Shown: positions 11,301 through 24,819, numbered from the stretch's first letter. The stretch is DNA of 37,999 bases from Octopus bimaculoides (GCF_001194135.2 NC_068998.1:21603248-21641246); one strand, 5' to 3'. A program made the numbers and translations. Notes: generated by a model not told the origin, from the sequence alone.

Positions 11301-14300
11301 TACGTAAGTAGTTTTGTACTGTAGGTTTGGTATTCAACTTTTATAACGAAAATTATAATTCATTTACTATACATACGTGAAAGCGTGTGTTCTACTAGTT
11401 TGTGTGCCATGCTGACGAATGTTAGATTGTGGGTTACGTTCCCATGAGGTCGGTGTGTTTTGTTCTTGAACAAGTCACTTAAGCTTTCCTTACTTCGGTT
11501 AACTCAAGTCAAACGACTAACAAATATGGGGATGGAGTTACACCTGAAGCTCGCTGGCATCTCCTTAGAGGACGCTTAAACATCAAGAAAAGCGGATTAA
11601 ATACATTTATTTCTTTATAGTATAGCATAGAATTTAATTAGGATTTGTCATGAGTATAAAGGCGAGGCTCGACATTTGATGAGAAAAAGGGGTGTGCTTG
11701 ATGGTGTTTAGATCCATGATAACTCTGCTGAAGACTACCAACAATGATAATCCTCTAGTTTCAGGCATGCCTAATCTCATCCAATCATACATACGTACGC
11801 ATATATACATACATACACACATACACACACATAGGAACAGGATGCTGTAATGTATTCCCTTGCTCACACCATATCACTATTTTTGTTGTTTTAGAAAGGT
11901 TTTAGTTGCAATCCCCCCCCCAAAAAAAAAACGTATTATTCGTGAAATCTCTTACGGAGAGTCTGCCGCATATGAACATGTAGTAAATCCACAGTTCACC
12001 GTCTCACAAGTTTGCTCTCGTTCTGACATTGAACATTAGTAGTATATGATTCAGCTTTTTGCAGTTTTATGTCAATATCACTTTAATTTTGCTCTTACAA
12101 TTCTAGAATATTTTCTGAAACATATGGACTTTATAAGCATAATCTCATAACTTACTGAAACGATATAAATACTTAGAATGCTTTGTTATAAAATTTACTA
12201 TATTCTTATACACGTAATTATCAGAGTTTAATATAAGAAGCATTCACTTCTTTAAAGTATACAATTCGTTAAAACGTATACGTAAATCTCAGTCGCCTCT
12301 GAGGAATGTTTTAGTACACTTAGTTTATATATTCCTTTTCACTTATATGTTTTCTTTTAATTGTAAGCATCTCAAGTTTATATATTTTGCAATGGCTACA
12401 ATTGTTTATATATTATCGGCACTATTTCCTGACTTATTTTATTGATCCAGAATTTATTTAACTTGAGAAGGTAAACTAACGTATTTAAACATTACAAACC
12501 ATTTTGTTCGCTGTTTTAATGATTCTGGCATTACACATCTCAGCTACTAACTATTGAAGCCAACAGATGATTCTCTCCACTGGTACGGCTGTGTGTGAAC
12601 TCTACCTGTATTATATGTACACTAGTCTCGCTTCACTATTTTGACATTTTACTTGTACACAAATTACTTTTCCATACTTGCTTGTCTAGATGTTCTACCT
12701 TCACAATAAATACATTTCCCGTTTCACTTCAATCACTAAAGTACAAGAATTAAAACTGGAGAGTCATGGTATTAATAGCACACAGATATCTTCGTTTTGC
12801 CACTAGGCTGGATGTGTTGGTAAACTGTTTCCTCTGAGACAAAAATAATGAAGAGAACGCAAAACATCAATTCTGATATGACCCTTATTCAACATTCTCA
12901 CACAAATACTTCTAGAACGTCAATTCTGTTTTGCATCCAGCCGTGATAAAGAGCTGTTCGGTTATTTTGAGATAAGTGGAACCACGAGAAATGTTCTTGT
13001 GTGATGCGCAGTCATCTGTTTGATTAAAGAAACCAACAAAATTGAAATAAAGATGAAAGATTATAAATCATGTATTCAAAAAAGTATGCCACAAATAGCA
13101 TAAACACCATTGACTTCTTTGTCTGTAAATGGAACAAGATGAAATATTTTCAGCAACAAAAACCAATTTCACACAAGACATATCACCTAAATTAAATGTG
13201 CAATTAACAGTGATTGAGTGGTGAAACAGCCATCGAGTTAATTAAACAGCGGTTCAATTTTAACGAAGCATTTCGAAGATATGTGTGGGAGATCTTGTTA
13301 ATTGGTTATATTATTAATTGAAAAGGATTGATTGAAACACATCTCAGTAATTTAACATGACTTTTATTATCGATTTCTTTGGTCAACAACGGTTTTCTAA
13401 TTCAATTAATTGAACAAAAGGTAATTACACGAATCTGTTTTCTAAAGAACCGATAATCAACTTTGTGAATGATTGAACAAGATATGGAGAGGTACATATT
13501 TCGCAATATTTAGCTAATTTTCACCATTTTGTAATGAATGGTAAACATTGAAATATATGAAGAGAAGTTTTGTGTTGAATACAGGAAGGGGGTGATAAAT
13601 TATTTAAGAAAAGGACAGGCCATATTTACAGAAATTCTAATTGAATTTGGAATAATATGGATATATAGTTTGAAATATATGACGTTATTGAGAATAAATG
13701 GTTGCAAGGAACTGAGCGCATTCCGTTAATATTAATTCTATGAAGAATAGGGAACGTCTAATCAAAAATTCACCATACCTACAATTAAATAAACAAGTTT
13801 TGTTAGAATTATTTTACTACACTGTTTTAAAATAACCACACACCGAGTGTAATAAACTGTAGAACAGTTTATCACTTTAATCTTATTTTAAAAGTTTAAA
13901 CTTAGCCTGCGATATTTTTAGCTGTGTATAGCAGAAGTGAAATTTACGATGAAGATATATTAGGTTCCAGTTATCCACGAAAAACCTGCTGCAAAATACA
14001 TAAATCTGTGTTCAAGTTCACAATGACGGACAGTTAGGTAAGAATATAACAATAGTGTTAACTATGAAGTAAGTTATATTTAGCGTTGCATGAAAAACAC
14101 TGCCAGATACAAATCAAATTTAAACTGAGAGACAAAAACAGCACTAGAATATAACTAAACAACATTTCCAAGCAACGAAGGACATTCTATTAAATGGTTC
14201 GAACTTCGAGATACATCAGTCAAAGTTTTACATGATTTCATATGCGTATTACATCCAACTCTCAATAAAGATGATATCCAAGGTTACACTGATGGGATAT

Positions 14301-15140
14301 GATGACTAAACTGCAAAGGCGATTCGATGGTTTGAATGCTTTTGATGAAAGTGCTAGTAAATCTAGTAATACGAGGGCCTATACAATTACACAAATGTTA
14401 ATTTCATTTAACATTCATTTAGAAACGACTACATTGAAATAAATTACAAATAATTTATTAAATAACATGAAAGAAAGAAATATTTTCAATGGGAGGGAGA
14501 TCGAATTACTTGTATGACTGTAATAACAACAAATTTATATTCTCACCGTAGCTCTGGAGCTTTTAATTTATTAGTTCAAAGGATACAGAGAGACTATGAA
14601 TCTTAAAACTCATAACACAGAGAAAAATAAAGATAAAGCAAATCATTGTTCGCTACTGAATATTTTAATAATGAACAGTCAACTGTTTAACCAAACAATA
14701 GCCAGAATAAATGAATGTTACCCTGAAATTGTTAACTGAAGCTAAATGTGAAGCCTTCGATTCAAGAAATGAACTACCAGATCGGGATTCGTCGGTATGC
14801 CAATTTATTCTTGATGAAATTAGAATCTTTGTTTGTTCAATAACATTAAAACGGTTCAAATATATCGCGATTTATACGCTTATTGACTGTATTAATATAG
14901 AAATAGATTAATCATTTCAAGCAACTGATTTACTAACGAAAGACTATTCGATTCAGAAAATTTTATATAAGTATAAACAGCTTCTTTTTATTTTCTTTGC
15001 TTTTCTACAATTGAGGGAATTAGAAATGCATTTCATCGGGGAAACGATAAAAAACATTATGATTAATTTAGGTTTTTAAACAAAACATGTTTTCCTAATT
15101 AAATAAGATATGACATAGATATTTCGTTAAGCTAAAACGT

Positions 15141-15146
<6 letters not shown>

Positions 15147-15179
<33 letters not shown>

Positions 15180-15180
15180 T

Positions 15181-15220
<40 letters not shown>

Positions 15221-15290
15221 GGACACACTCACAAACACCCACACACAAACAGACGCATACACACACATACACACACACATCTACGTTTAT
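15147..15290. repeat. (CA)n microsatellite
   Basis: Read directly. Confidence 0.95.
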
Positions 15291-15574
15291 ATGTATGTAT
15301 TTACGTGCTCATGCTCTGATGTAGCATACTCATGCGCGTACTTCTACGTGTATTTAGCCATTAATCATGGTATACAACTACACACAAATTCGACAATTCT
15401 TCCAGGAATGATGGTTTATTTCTTATTCAAATAAATGTGTATTTGATAAATTTATGAATATATAGGAATATAATTTATTCAAGAAAGCGTATCTGCGTTT
15501 ATATCACACATTGGTATACACATATGCATCAACGCCGACAAAACACACATACACTGACGAATAACCGAACACGT

Positions 15575-15660
15575 ATATATTTACCTATATGAACACATAC
15601 GTGTAGATTTATCTTTATGAACACATACATATATATTTATCTATATGAATACATACGTGT
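15575..15660. repeat. 28-bp minisatellite, 3 copies
   Basis: atatatttacctatatgaacacatacgt / gtagatttatctttatgaacacatacat / atatatttatctatatgaatacatacgt. Confidence 0.85.
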
Positions 15661-15744
15661 CTGTTAACATAAAAATGCATGTATACATACGTTTATGTAT
15701 ATATAATTATGAAATAGCAATATATAAAAATGCGTAGGTATGTA

Positions 15745-15757
15745 TACATCTATCTAT

Positions 15758-15823
<66 letters not shown>

Positions 15824-15932
15824 CTCTCTCTCTCTCCATCTCTCTCTCTCTCTCTATCTATCTATCTGTCTATCTATCTATATCTATCTATCTATCTATC
15901 TATTTATCTATATATATATATATATATATATA
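15745..15932. repeat. (CTAT)n/(CT)n/(TA)n microsatellite abutting an assembly gap
   Basis: Read directly. Confidence 0.95.
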
Positions 15933-16554
15933 NNNNNNNNNNNNNNNNNNNNNNNNNNNNNNNNNNNNNNNNNNNNNNNNNNNNNNNNNNNNNNNNNNNN
16001 NNNNNNNNNNNNNNNNNNNNNNNNNNNNNNNNNNNNNNNNNNNNNNNNNNNNNNNNNNNNNNNNNNNNNNNNNNNNNNNNNNNNNNNNNNNNNNNNNNNN
16101 NNNNNNNNNNNNNNNNNNNNNNNNNNNNNNNNNNNNNNNNNNNNNNNNNNNNNNNNNNNNNNNNNNNNNNNNNNNNNNNNNNNNNNNNNNNNNNNNNNNN
16201 NNNNNNNNNNNNNNNNNNNNNNNNNNNNNNNNNNNNNNNNNNNNNNNNNNNNNNNNNNNNNNNNNNNNNNNNNNNNNNNNNNNNNNNNNNNNNNNNNNNN
16301 NNNNNNNNNNNNNNNNNNNNNNNNNNNNNNNNNNNNNNNNNNNNNNNNNNNNNNNNNNNNNNNNNNNNNNNNNNNNNNNNNNNNNNNNNNNNNNNNNNNN
16401 NNNNNNNNNNNNNNNNNNNNNNNNNNNNNNNNNNNNNNNNNNNNNNNNNNNNNNNNNNNNNNNNNNNNNNNNNNNNNNNNNNNNNNNNNNNNNNNNNNNN
16501 NNNNNNNNNNNNNNNNNNNNNNNNNNNNNNNNNNNNNNNNNNNNNNNNNNNNNN
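15933..16554. other. Assembly gap (622 N)
   Basis: N run flanked by (TA)n. Confidence 1.
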
Positions 16555-16577
16555 ATATATATATATATATATATATA

Positions 16578-16780
16578 TAGTGGTTAGGGTGTTGCACTCA
16601 CGGTCGCGATATCGTGGTTTCAAATTCTGGACAGCTGTGTGAGTGACACACTAGCACAAAACACTTCCTGTCACATTGCTCCGCAATCAGTTTGATACCT
16701 AACGTGTGACACACAGTTCACCTGCTCGGGCAACATCAATTTGATGGATGGAGTGAGGTAACGTACTGTACATTTGATGA
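16578..16780 (+). mobile_element. tRNA-derived SINE, 5' end lost into (TA)n and the gap
   Basis: TAGTGGTTAGGGTGTTGCACTCACGGTCGCGATATCGTGGTTTCAAATTCTGG is a partial A box plus B box, similar to the heads at 6520-6598 and 32441-32512. The 3' limit is uncertain. Confidence 0.6.
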
Positions 16781-17052
16781 CTATAGATAAAGCAGGTGTG
16801 CATAACCTGCAGTAAAATTTGAATACGCATATGTCATCTTCGATGAAAGATTCCGTCATATATGAATTTACATACATATATCCATGTGTGTTTACGTGTG
16901 TGCTGTGTGTGTACGCGCGTCTGTGTGCATGCGTCTGTGTATACATATTCATACATTCATACGTACATATATGTGTGTATATATCTTTATGTATGTATGT
17001 AAATCTATATCTATAAATACGTGCACACACGCATGCGTACATATATTACATG

Positions 17053-17526
17053 GCGAAATGCGAGCATGAAAGTTAATATTCTTAAGATTAAAAATCTGGA
17101 AAAGTACAGGACATGATTTTACACCTGTAAAAGTATAGGACAAACTATTACTTCTAGTAAAGTAAAGAAAAAGAAACGTTTTACTTAAAATATTGCGCAA
17201 ATAATGCCAGTTCTTCTAATTTATCACTCTTTATAGTTCTCATCTTTTAAATTTATTGTACAAAACTGTTCCGCTAATTTGTAAGTTCGTCTAATTAGTC
17301 ACTTTTTTCTCTATTTAAGGTAGTAAATTAGCCAAAAGTCTACTTAAGTAAGTATAGTGTTATTTTAAAACTATAATAAAATAAGTTTTAATATTTAAAT
17401 TTTAATTTTAGCAGCAATATTTTAAGTAACAATTTCTTATTCTTTACTTTACTACAAGTAATAACTTGTCCTATACTTTTACAGGTTTATAATCTTAAGA
17501 ATATTACTTTTCATGCTCGCATTTGC
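17053..17526. mobile_element. Foldback/MITE-like element with long terminal inverted repeats
   Basis: Left arm 17053-17197 is the reverse complement of right arm 17414-17526 (aaatgcgagcatgaaa..taatattcttaagatta..acctgtaaaagtataggacaa.tattactt.tagtaaagtaaagaa.aagaaa..ttacttaaaatattgc). Imperfect flanking direct repeat acatatattacatg / acatataatccatg, 12/14. Confidence 0.85.
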
Positions 17527-18489
17527 ACATATAATCCATGATGTTTCAAGGCATTGCTGTTATAAGGCAATTAATTATGTGTCAATAATTTAAGATTTTA
17601 CCTTATAAAATACTGAAAGATAATATTTTAATTTTTCCATGTAAGTGATGATAATATTTCAATTTTTTCATGTTTAATTTAAATATATTTTGTGATTGAA
17701 TTATTTGATAGTACCCATCCACATCAAATTAATGACAGGGATTTTTACCATGTTGTTGGTTGCACCATGGCTCACCAAAAGTTACAAACAACAAGACCCC
17801 AAAACCATCAGTTACCAGGCTCGCTTTAAGTAACCTAATTTTGCAATACTAGGAGGTCACAGGAATTCATTCAACGGAAGAAGAAATTCCAGTGTTTCCG
17901 GGTTTGGTGGGGAGAACCCCCCCCCCCACCTAATTTGGACGCAAAAATCAATTTTTTGTTGTTTTCTTCTTGGTGAAAATCGTACGGGTGTTCATATAAA
18001 ATTTATCATAATGTTGTTGTTATTTAGGCTCAAATCAACCCTGATACTGCAGACCTATCATCAAAGACATTCTAGCCTTCAGCAAACCGTCTTTTTAGGG
18101 ATAATCTAGGACTTTACATACAATGAGCGTGTGATCTAGGTAGGGGTATACTTTGGTTGCTATTTTTAGCGTGTCGAGCGACCAGGTAGAGGCTCTTTTA
18201 TTAGTTCGATTGCGTGATGAGATTTGTTTACACATATATGTAATATATATATATATATATCATCGGCGAAAGTTAGAGAGTAAGTCAAAAGGTGAATGTT
18301 TTGTGTATTGGTACCTATCAAACACGAATTTGTTCATTGTCACTCTGTAACCTCTGATGAAATACCGCTTCTAAAATACAAAGTTTTGTCAAAATGTTAG
18401 TAGTAAACCCTGTTCTATGTGACAAATTCTACCAGTATCAGAAGTTTGAAAGTGTTTAATTTAAAAAGAAATAATGAAATTATCTGTAC

Positions 18490-18544
18490 GTCAAAGTCGA
18501 CCTCGGCGAAATTTGAATCCAGAACGTAAAGACAGACGAAATAC
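18490..18544 (-). mobile_element. Short SINE family fragment
   Basis: caaagtcgacctcggcgaaatttgaatccagaacgtaaagacagacgaaatac matches the revcomp of 26090-26145. Confidence 0.7.
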
Positions 18545-18959
18545 AAGTAGAAATATAGGAAAATCGAAGTTGAAAATGCACTACGAATAGTTAAAATATG
18601 TTTTATTAATATATTTGGAACTTTAACCGGTTTCACAGTTTACACTGATTTTCAAAAAGCACAAATAGAAAGACGTGGCTTATGTCGCAGCTGCTTCTGA
18701 CTAATGTTTGAATTTTGCCCTGTTTTTGTTTACATGGCTCAAATTGGTATATGTGTTGAGTAGGATTCGATTGGTAGACGATAGTCATATAACTGGTCTT
18801 AGAAAGTTTTGTAGGTTCCCCACTACGTCCGTGTGTTAGTATCAAGTGACAATATTGATGTCGTAAGCTAAGACTGATACAGTTACTGAACAAGTTCAAG
18901 CAACCAATGCTCTGAATGATTTCTGTCAAGTGTTTGTAGAGAATGAACACATGTTTAAG

Positions 18960-20690
18960 TTTTTAAACTTTTCTACGTTTCTTGCCATGTCCGTCCGTTA
19001 GTGTCACGTGACAGTATATTTTGCACCTCAAAAGAAAGCCGACACAGTTGAGTGAACATGCCTAGTTATAATCAAGGCACTCAAAATTTAATATATCTGG
19101 TGGGAGACTGGATAGCTGTCGTTTGTATGTAGTCCAATGTCTAAAATTTAGGTTGTTAGTTGTGTAGCTCCCGCGTGGCAGAATGAATTTTGTGTATGAA
19201 AAGTTATTTGTGTATGTACTCTGTTAAAATTCGTTAAGTCTTGGTTTGTACTTTTGTATGAATTTATTTGTATTTTCTTTGTTTTTCCGTGCTTAATCTC
19301 TGATATTCGCTGAACAGGTAGAGTGGGAAGACCTGCAATTTTTGCAAATATGTCTATGTGACCACTCAGTGGAATCTGTCTAGTACTGGGGTCTCGTATT
19401 TGTTGTGGGTCAGTAGTCAGTCTATTTCTTAGAGTAAGTTTTGTTTGTCCTATGTAATTTTCATTAGATTTTTGACATTTGATAGCGTATATGAAATTCC
19501 TTGAAGAACATGTAAAGTCACTTTTCACGGTAAAGGGCTGTCCTGATTTGAATTCGTATGTAGTGTCTTCAATAAGGTTGATGCAGGTCACACAACTGGG
19601 GTGGCTACATTTTATGACTGTTGGCGTACAAATTATGGGAGGTAACTTAGCACTTGTGAGGAATTGTGGAAGGTAATTTAGTACTGGTGAGGAACATTTT
19701 GAGTGATATTGTCTTTTACTTTTGATTATTATGTGTATTTCGAATGCTTGTTTCATTCTTGAGACTTGTTTTAGTAGTGTGATGTTCTGGTGGATAATAT
19801 TGTAAACTTCTGTGTTTCTTGGGTTGTGTGTTGTACGAAAGGATAGATTATTGGATGTACCTGGAGCGTTTTTCGTTTTTCGTGTGTTCTTCGATATCTA
19901 TTGTTTTGATACTTTCTATCCCGTTGTCTATTAGCATTAATGGATATTGTCTTTTAAGCAGTACTTGTTTCAGTTCCTGGAGTCTTTTCTAGCGACGTTC
20001 AGGGTTTGAGACAATTGTTCACATTCTTCTTGCTAGATTACAGGGGATATTATTCTTCGTGTGTTTGAGTGTCATGAGGAGAATAGTAAGTAATGTTTAG
20101 AATCTGCTTGTTTGATGTGAATATATTTTTCAATGATTTTATCTCTTTTGGTGTTTAGTATATCCAGGAATGGTAGTTGAGGTTTACTGTATTCCATGGT
20201 AAAGGTAATATTGTTATTTATTCAGGTGAATAGATTTTTGAAATCTATAAGTTGTTTTAATGTATACGTCCATGGGATTAGGCCGTCACCTAAGTAACGT
20301 TTCCAGTTTTCTAGTAGATATTTGTGGAAGTTCAAGCCATATAATAATTCAGATTGTCCATATATCTCGATCTCCATGCAAACCATGACTAGATTGGCGT
20401 AAGACGGAGCAATCTTTGTAACCATTCCAGTCCCAGTTATTTGTTTGTAAATATTGCCATCAGAGTCAAAAAAGTTATTTTCGAGGATGAAGCTTAATCC
20501 ATCAGTGATGAAACTTCTTTCAGTTCTGTCTGAAATTTCATGAGGGAATTTCTCAAACCATAAATTTATTGTCTCTTGTCCATATTGGTGTGGGATTGTA
20601 GTATATAGATTTACCACATCAAAAGAAACAATAGTAGTTTCATTGTTTATAGATTTTGAGAGGTGGTTTAATATATATCAGATGAATATT
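18960..20690 (-). mobile_element. Penelope-like retroelement, 5'-truncated and decayed (RT, thumb, GIY-YIG, 3' tail)
   Basis: RT motifs VSFDVVNLYTTIPH, YKQITGTGMVTKIAPSYANL and WKRYLGDG (YxDD decayed). Thumb ITFTMEYS..LPFLDIL and KNNIPCNLARR. Linker KCSHPSCVTC. Endonuclease FTCSSRNFIYAIKC...YIGQTKLTLRNRL (ORFs 20222-20617 and 19148-19756). The 3' boundary is approximate. Confidence 0.92.
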
Positions 20691-21250
20691 CAAATTTTAT
20701 CATTTTTATAAACGTTTTCCGCATCTTCGAATTAAACCCCGAGTTCTCGTCTGGAAAACTGAAATAACCGAAATTATATTTATCAATGTTTCATCGTCAG
20801 GCGTGCAAATGCTTTTAGCTCCTCTATTGCCCTGTCTGTAGTGAATGTCTGACTTCTCGCCGCCACAATTTTGCAGCCTAAAGTTATATTTCTAGATCAT
20901 CGCTTACGTACTCATGAGGTGTGATCGTTGTATGCTATTTCTAGCCTTGTGTTGTGCTATTAGTAGCACTGCTCCGTAATCGCTCCTCAGATTCTGTGAA
21001 TAAGTCTATATAATATAGATTTATTTTCTGTAAATACTTTCATTTGTAGTTTGTGTGTGGAGTAGTATATTGCAATTGTTTCTTGTCTTCAATACATAGT
21101 GAGCCTACGATATGTTGTTGTATAGACTGGTCAACGGAACAGTTGGAATCGTGAAATTTGTAACTTTATTTTGAATATCAAATTCAGAATGCGCATTGGT
21201 TCGCAGGTTTCACATGTCTGCGTTACATTGCTCATAAAGCTGTTTTTGCT

Positions 21251-21254
<4 letters not shown>

Positions 21255-21307
<53 letters not shown>

Positions 21308-21315
21308 GTATATAT
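21255..21315. repeat. (CA)n(TA)n microsatellite
   Basis: Read directly. Confidence 0.95.
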
Positions 21316-21699
21316 CACAAGTGCTAACTGTAGACGTGGTTTAACGCATTTGATTTCAATATGGTAAGACTTTTGATTATGTGTTTATGTGTTTGCCTCA
21401 CATATGGTTTACATTTGTATATATGTATATGTCTGACATCCTTGCGTGTACCATGTATGTATTTAGTCCAGCTATTGAGTAATGTATTTTTTGCGCTGTA
21501 TTTCTGCTTATATCCGTCAATAATTAGTTCTAGGGCAGTCAGATCTGAAAGCTTTTAAGCAGAGCGATTAAGTTACAAAATAGTTACACTCTGAATATAA
21601 TATGTATAAAAAAGACATTTCCCATCGACCATTTGCTCGATGCATCCACCTATCCATGCATTCATTAATACAAGTACATATGCCAGTACATATTCAAAT

Positions 21700-21794
21700 A
21701 TGTAAACATGATATATATATTTATATACATAGGTGTATACATACATAATACATACATGCATGGATGCATAAATACATACAGACATACATACACA

Positions 21795-21843
<49 letters not shown>

Positions 21844-21950
21844 GTATATATATATAGGTACATATACTTACATACATGCATACGTACATATATACACACG
21901 TACATGCATACGTACATACATACATGCATACATGCATACGTATATATAAA
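21700..21950. repeat. Compound (TACA)/(CA)n/(TA)n microsatellite
   Basis: Read directly. Confidence 0.9.
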
Positions 21951-23677
21951 GACTTGTAAATCCACAGATTTTATTTTATAGTTATATGCAGAATATTATA
22001 CTGACCAATACGTGTTTGCGTTGCAGCGACTACTAATTGTTGCAAATGCAACCTTGCAATATTGTCGGTCCAGTTTCAGCGGTGTGCATCTAATTGGTCG
22101 TCCTCAAAGTGAACTGTTTGAAGTACATTTTTGTTAGATAGTGTTCTGTGGGACGTTCGGGTATTGCTATTTATAGTAATGTGTTGCTGACCTTAAATTC
22201 GCTCCAGTCTCTGTCCGAGGTTAGGGCTTGGTCTTAAAATAGGTAATGGTCCAGTTTGTTGTTTCTCTAAGGCTCTATGTTCATTTTAATGCTTGTGAAT
22301 GTTATTCTTTTTATTTATAATGTAGTGTTTGTATTGAAGGCGTTTTGTTAATATTCATCGTTTGGTTCAGTTGCTCGTTTATTTGCGTTGCACATTGTGA
22401 AAGGTATTTTGTTTTGAATAAATGATGATTAGTAAATATTTTTATGTTTAAGTTATGTTACTACTATTAGTTATATTAAGCGTAATTATTGCTGGAGCAC
22501 TGGCTATCTAAACTTATCCATATCTCTTAAAGGTCAGTCAAAGATTGTGTAAACATTTCAGGGCTTGTTCGTGTCTTGCATTAATGCATATTTTTATATA
22601 TTTGGTAAACCTCATCTACGCAAATGTCATATCTATATTTCCCTATTGATGAGGCCCAGTAGTACTACTTAGTTCCTACTCGATAGAGTTGACCAAATTA
22701 GTTTACTGAGGTTTGTATTATAAAGGAATTTAAATGATTGGCCAGTATTTTTCCTAGTTTTTTACATTTTGAATTTAATGGGCATATTTTATCTCTAGCT
22801 CAGATGCATAGACCTGTTTGTCTGTTTCTATCATTTATTGTCATTGACTTCACTAAACGTGTTTCCTATTCCTACTACCACCAGTCCGGTATTACTTCTT
22901 GATTCCCTACGGGTATTAGTTTCGGGGCTGCTCTTTCTGACTGTTCGACTTTCTATTTACATGCCCCTGAAAGGATTTCTTATGGTTGTTTTTCTTTGAC
23001 TGTGGTTCTTCTGTTAGCAACACTCTTACACCGGTGCATCTACTATTGTCTCATCACCTATGTCCCTTCTGTTCTTATTTATTTCTTCCCTGTTATTCAG
23101 ATTCGGATTACTAGGATCACCTTGGAAGATGTATAGTTTACTTGTATTATGAACCGCTATTAACTGTGCCAAGTTGCATCTATTAGAAAAGGCGAGGCGC
23201 ACACTATGTTTATCAAATATTTTGTAGGACCAGCTATTTTAGGAAAGTGTTTTTCTATCGCTGTTTAGAACAATCTAGGGATGTTGAAAATGATCTGTTT
23301 CGCGAATGGAACAATATACCACAATATGGTCCAAAAATTATTGGTTTTCGTATTTATAGATTCCCTTCGCTTTTTAGTCTTAGTGTGTCTTACGATTCCG
23401 CAGTATTTGCTGTACTGCGCAGGTCACTTACTATTGTATCCATGAGTTGTGTTCAGACGGTGAGTGCGTGGCTCTCTACGGTGGTCTACCTCTTTTCGAA
23501 TGTGTGTCGTTCTAAGCCTCCGCTTTTGTTTAGGCTATTTACATTCATATGTGGTTCATACTCGCTCGATTCCCTGCCATTCTTTTCAGAGCTTGTCACT
23601 CTTTCGTTATGCCCTATGCTTTCATTATTCCTGCTTTTCCTTGTTTCCTTATCCTCATATGTATATATGAGGATAAG

Positions 23678-23934
<257 letters not shown>

Positions 23935-24119
23935 AGGATTTACTTTTTGTAATGAGATAAAAAACCAAGACTGTGTATATTTTTGGATATTTATAAATAG
24001 AATGTCTTACAGCTGTTTCCAGGATATTTATTATATTCCTTCATCGGAGACGGTATGAGAGGATGCTTAAGCAATAGTTAATTTAGATAAGACAGGAAAT
24101 AGAGAGTTAATGCAGGGAT

Positions 24120-24287
24120 ATTGTATTTGTAAATCCATTGTTTAGGCAGAATGGTATAAATATAAGATTCCAATACTTTATGAGTAAAATCTAATAGTCC
24201 TGAAGATTGATCATTGTATTTGTAAATCCATTATTAAGATTCCAATTTCCTATGAATAAAATGCAACAGTCTTTGAAATTGGTCATT
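24120..24287. repeat. Old imperfect tandem duplication, 2 units
   Basis: attgtatttgtaaatccatt...aagattccaat..tatga.taaaat..aa.agtc.tgaa.attg.tc occurs at 24120-24212 and 24213-24287. Copy 1 has about 25 extra bp. Confidence 0.8.
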
Positions 24288-24817
24288 CCAAATACAGAAT
24301 GTATACACAGTGTTATTGAATCAAGGGTTCTGCTTATTGTGTCTGGGGAGAGCCATTCCCTGTTTGGGCGTTATTATTTAACGCACTCACTGGTTCAATT
24401 TCCAGTCATTTAGTTTTTTTTTTTCTAAAATCATCCTTGCGCCTTGCAAACTGTTCAATAGTCGTTGACTCTGTCTGTTATCAGAGCTGCGTTCTTTTTC
24501 TTTATTTGATAGTGCACATGTGTGTGCGTTAGTCTGCATGTGTATACACATGTCTGTATATATGTGTATGAATATATATGTATGTGTGTGTATACGATGT
24601 ACACATGTGTTCTGCATATTTATGTATACACAAACACATCTCATATGTGTACACACATTCATACCGATGTGTATACACATGCACAGTGACACACACACAT
24701 GCGCACAAACAAACAAACAAACAGCTCTGATAAGGGACAGAGCCAAAGACTATTGAAAAGTTTGCAAGACGCAAGGAAAATTTTAGAAAAAATAAAATAA
24801 CTATATGAGTGGAACAA

Positions 24818-24819
<2 letters not shown>

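Noticed and set aside
11384-11600. Possible highly decayed tRNA-SINE (gtgttttgttcttgaacaagtcactt core)
   Set aside because: A and B boxes are too degenerate to support a call.
11955-12030. Possible minus-strand exon REQTCETVNCGFTTCSYAADS with AG/GTAAG ends
   Set aside because: Weak splice context, no homology recognised and no partner exons.
14160-14305. 48-codon open frame TFPSNEGHSIKWFELRDTSVKVLHDF...
   Set aside because: No start, splice signals or domain match. This length is within chance.
22020-23200. Possible third, very old Penelope-like remnant (NKIPFTM, RPSPNLGQRL on the minus strand)
   Set aside because: Only two short motif-like words, with spacing that does not fit the PLE thumb/linker. 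Needs a profile search.
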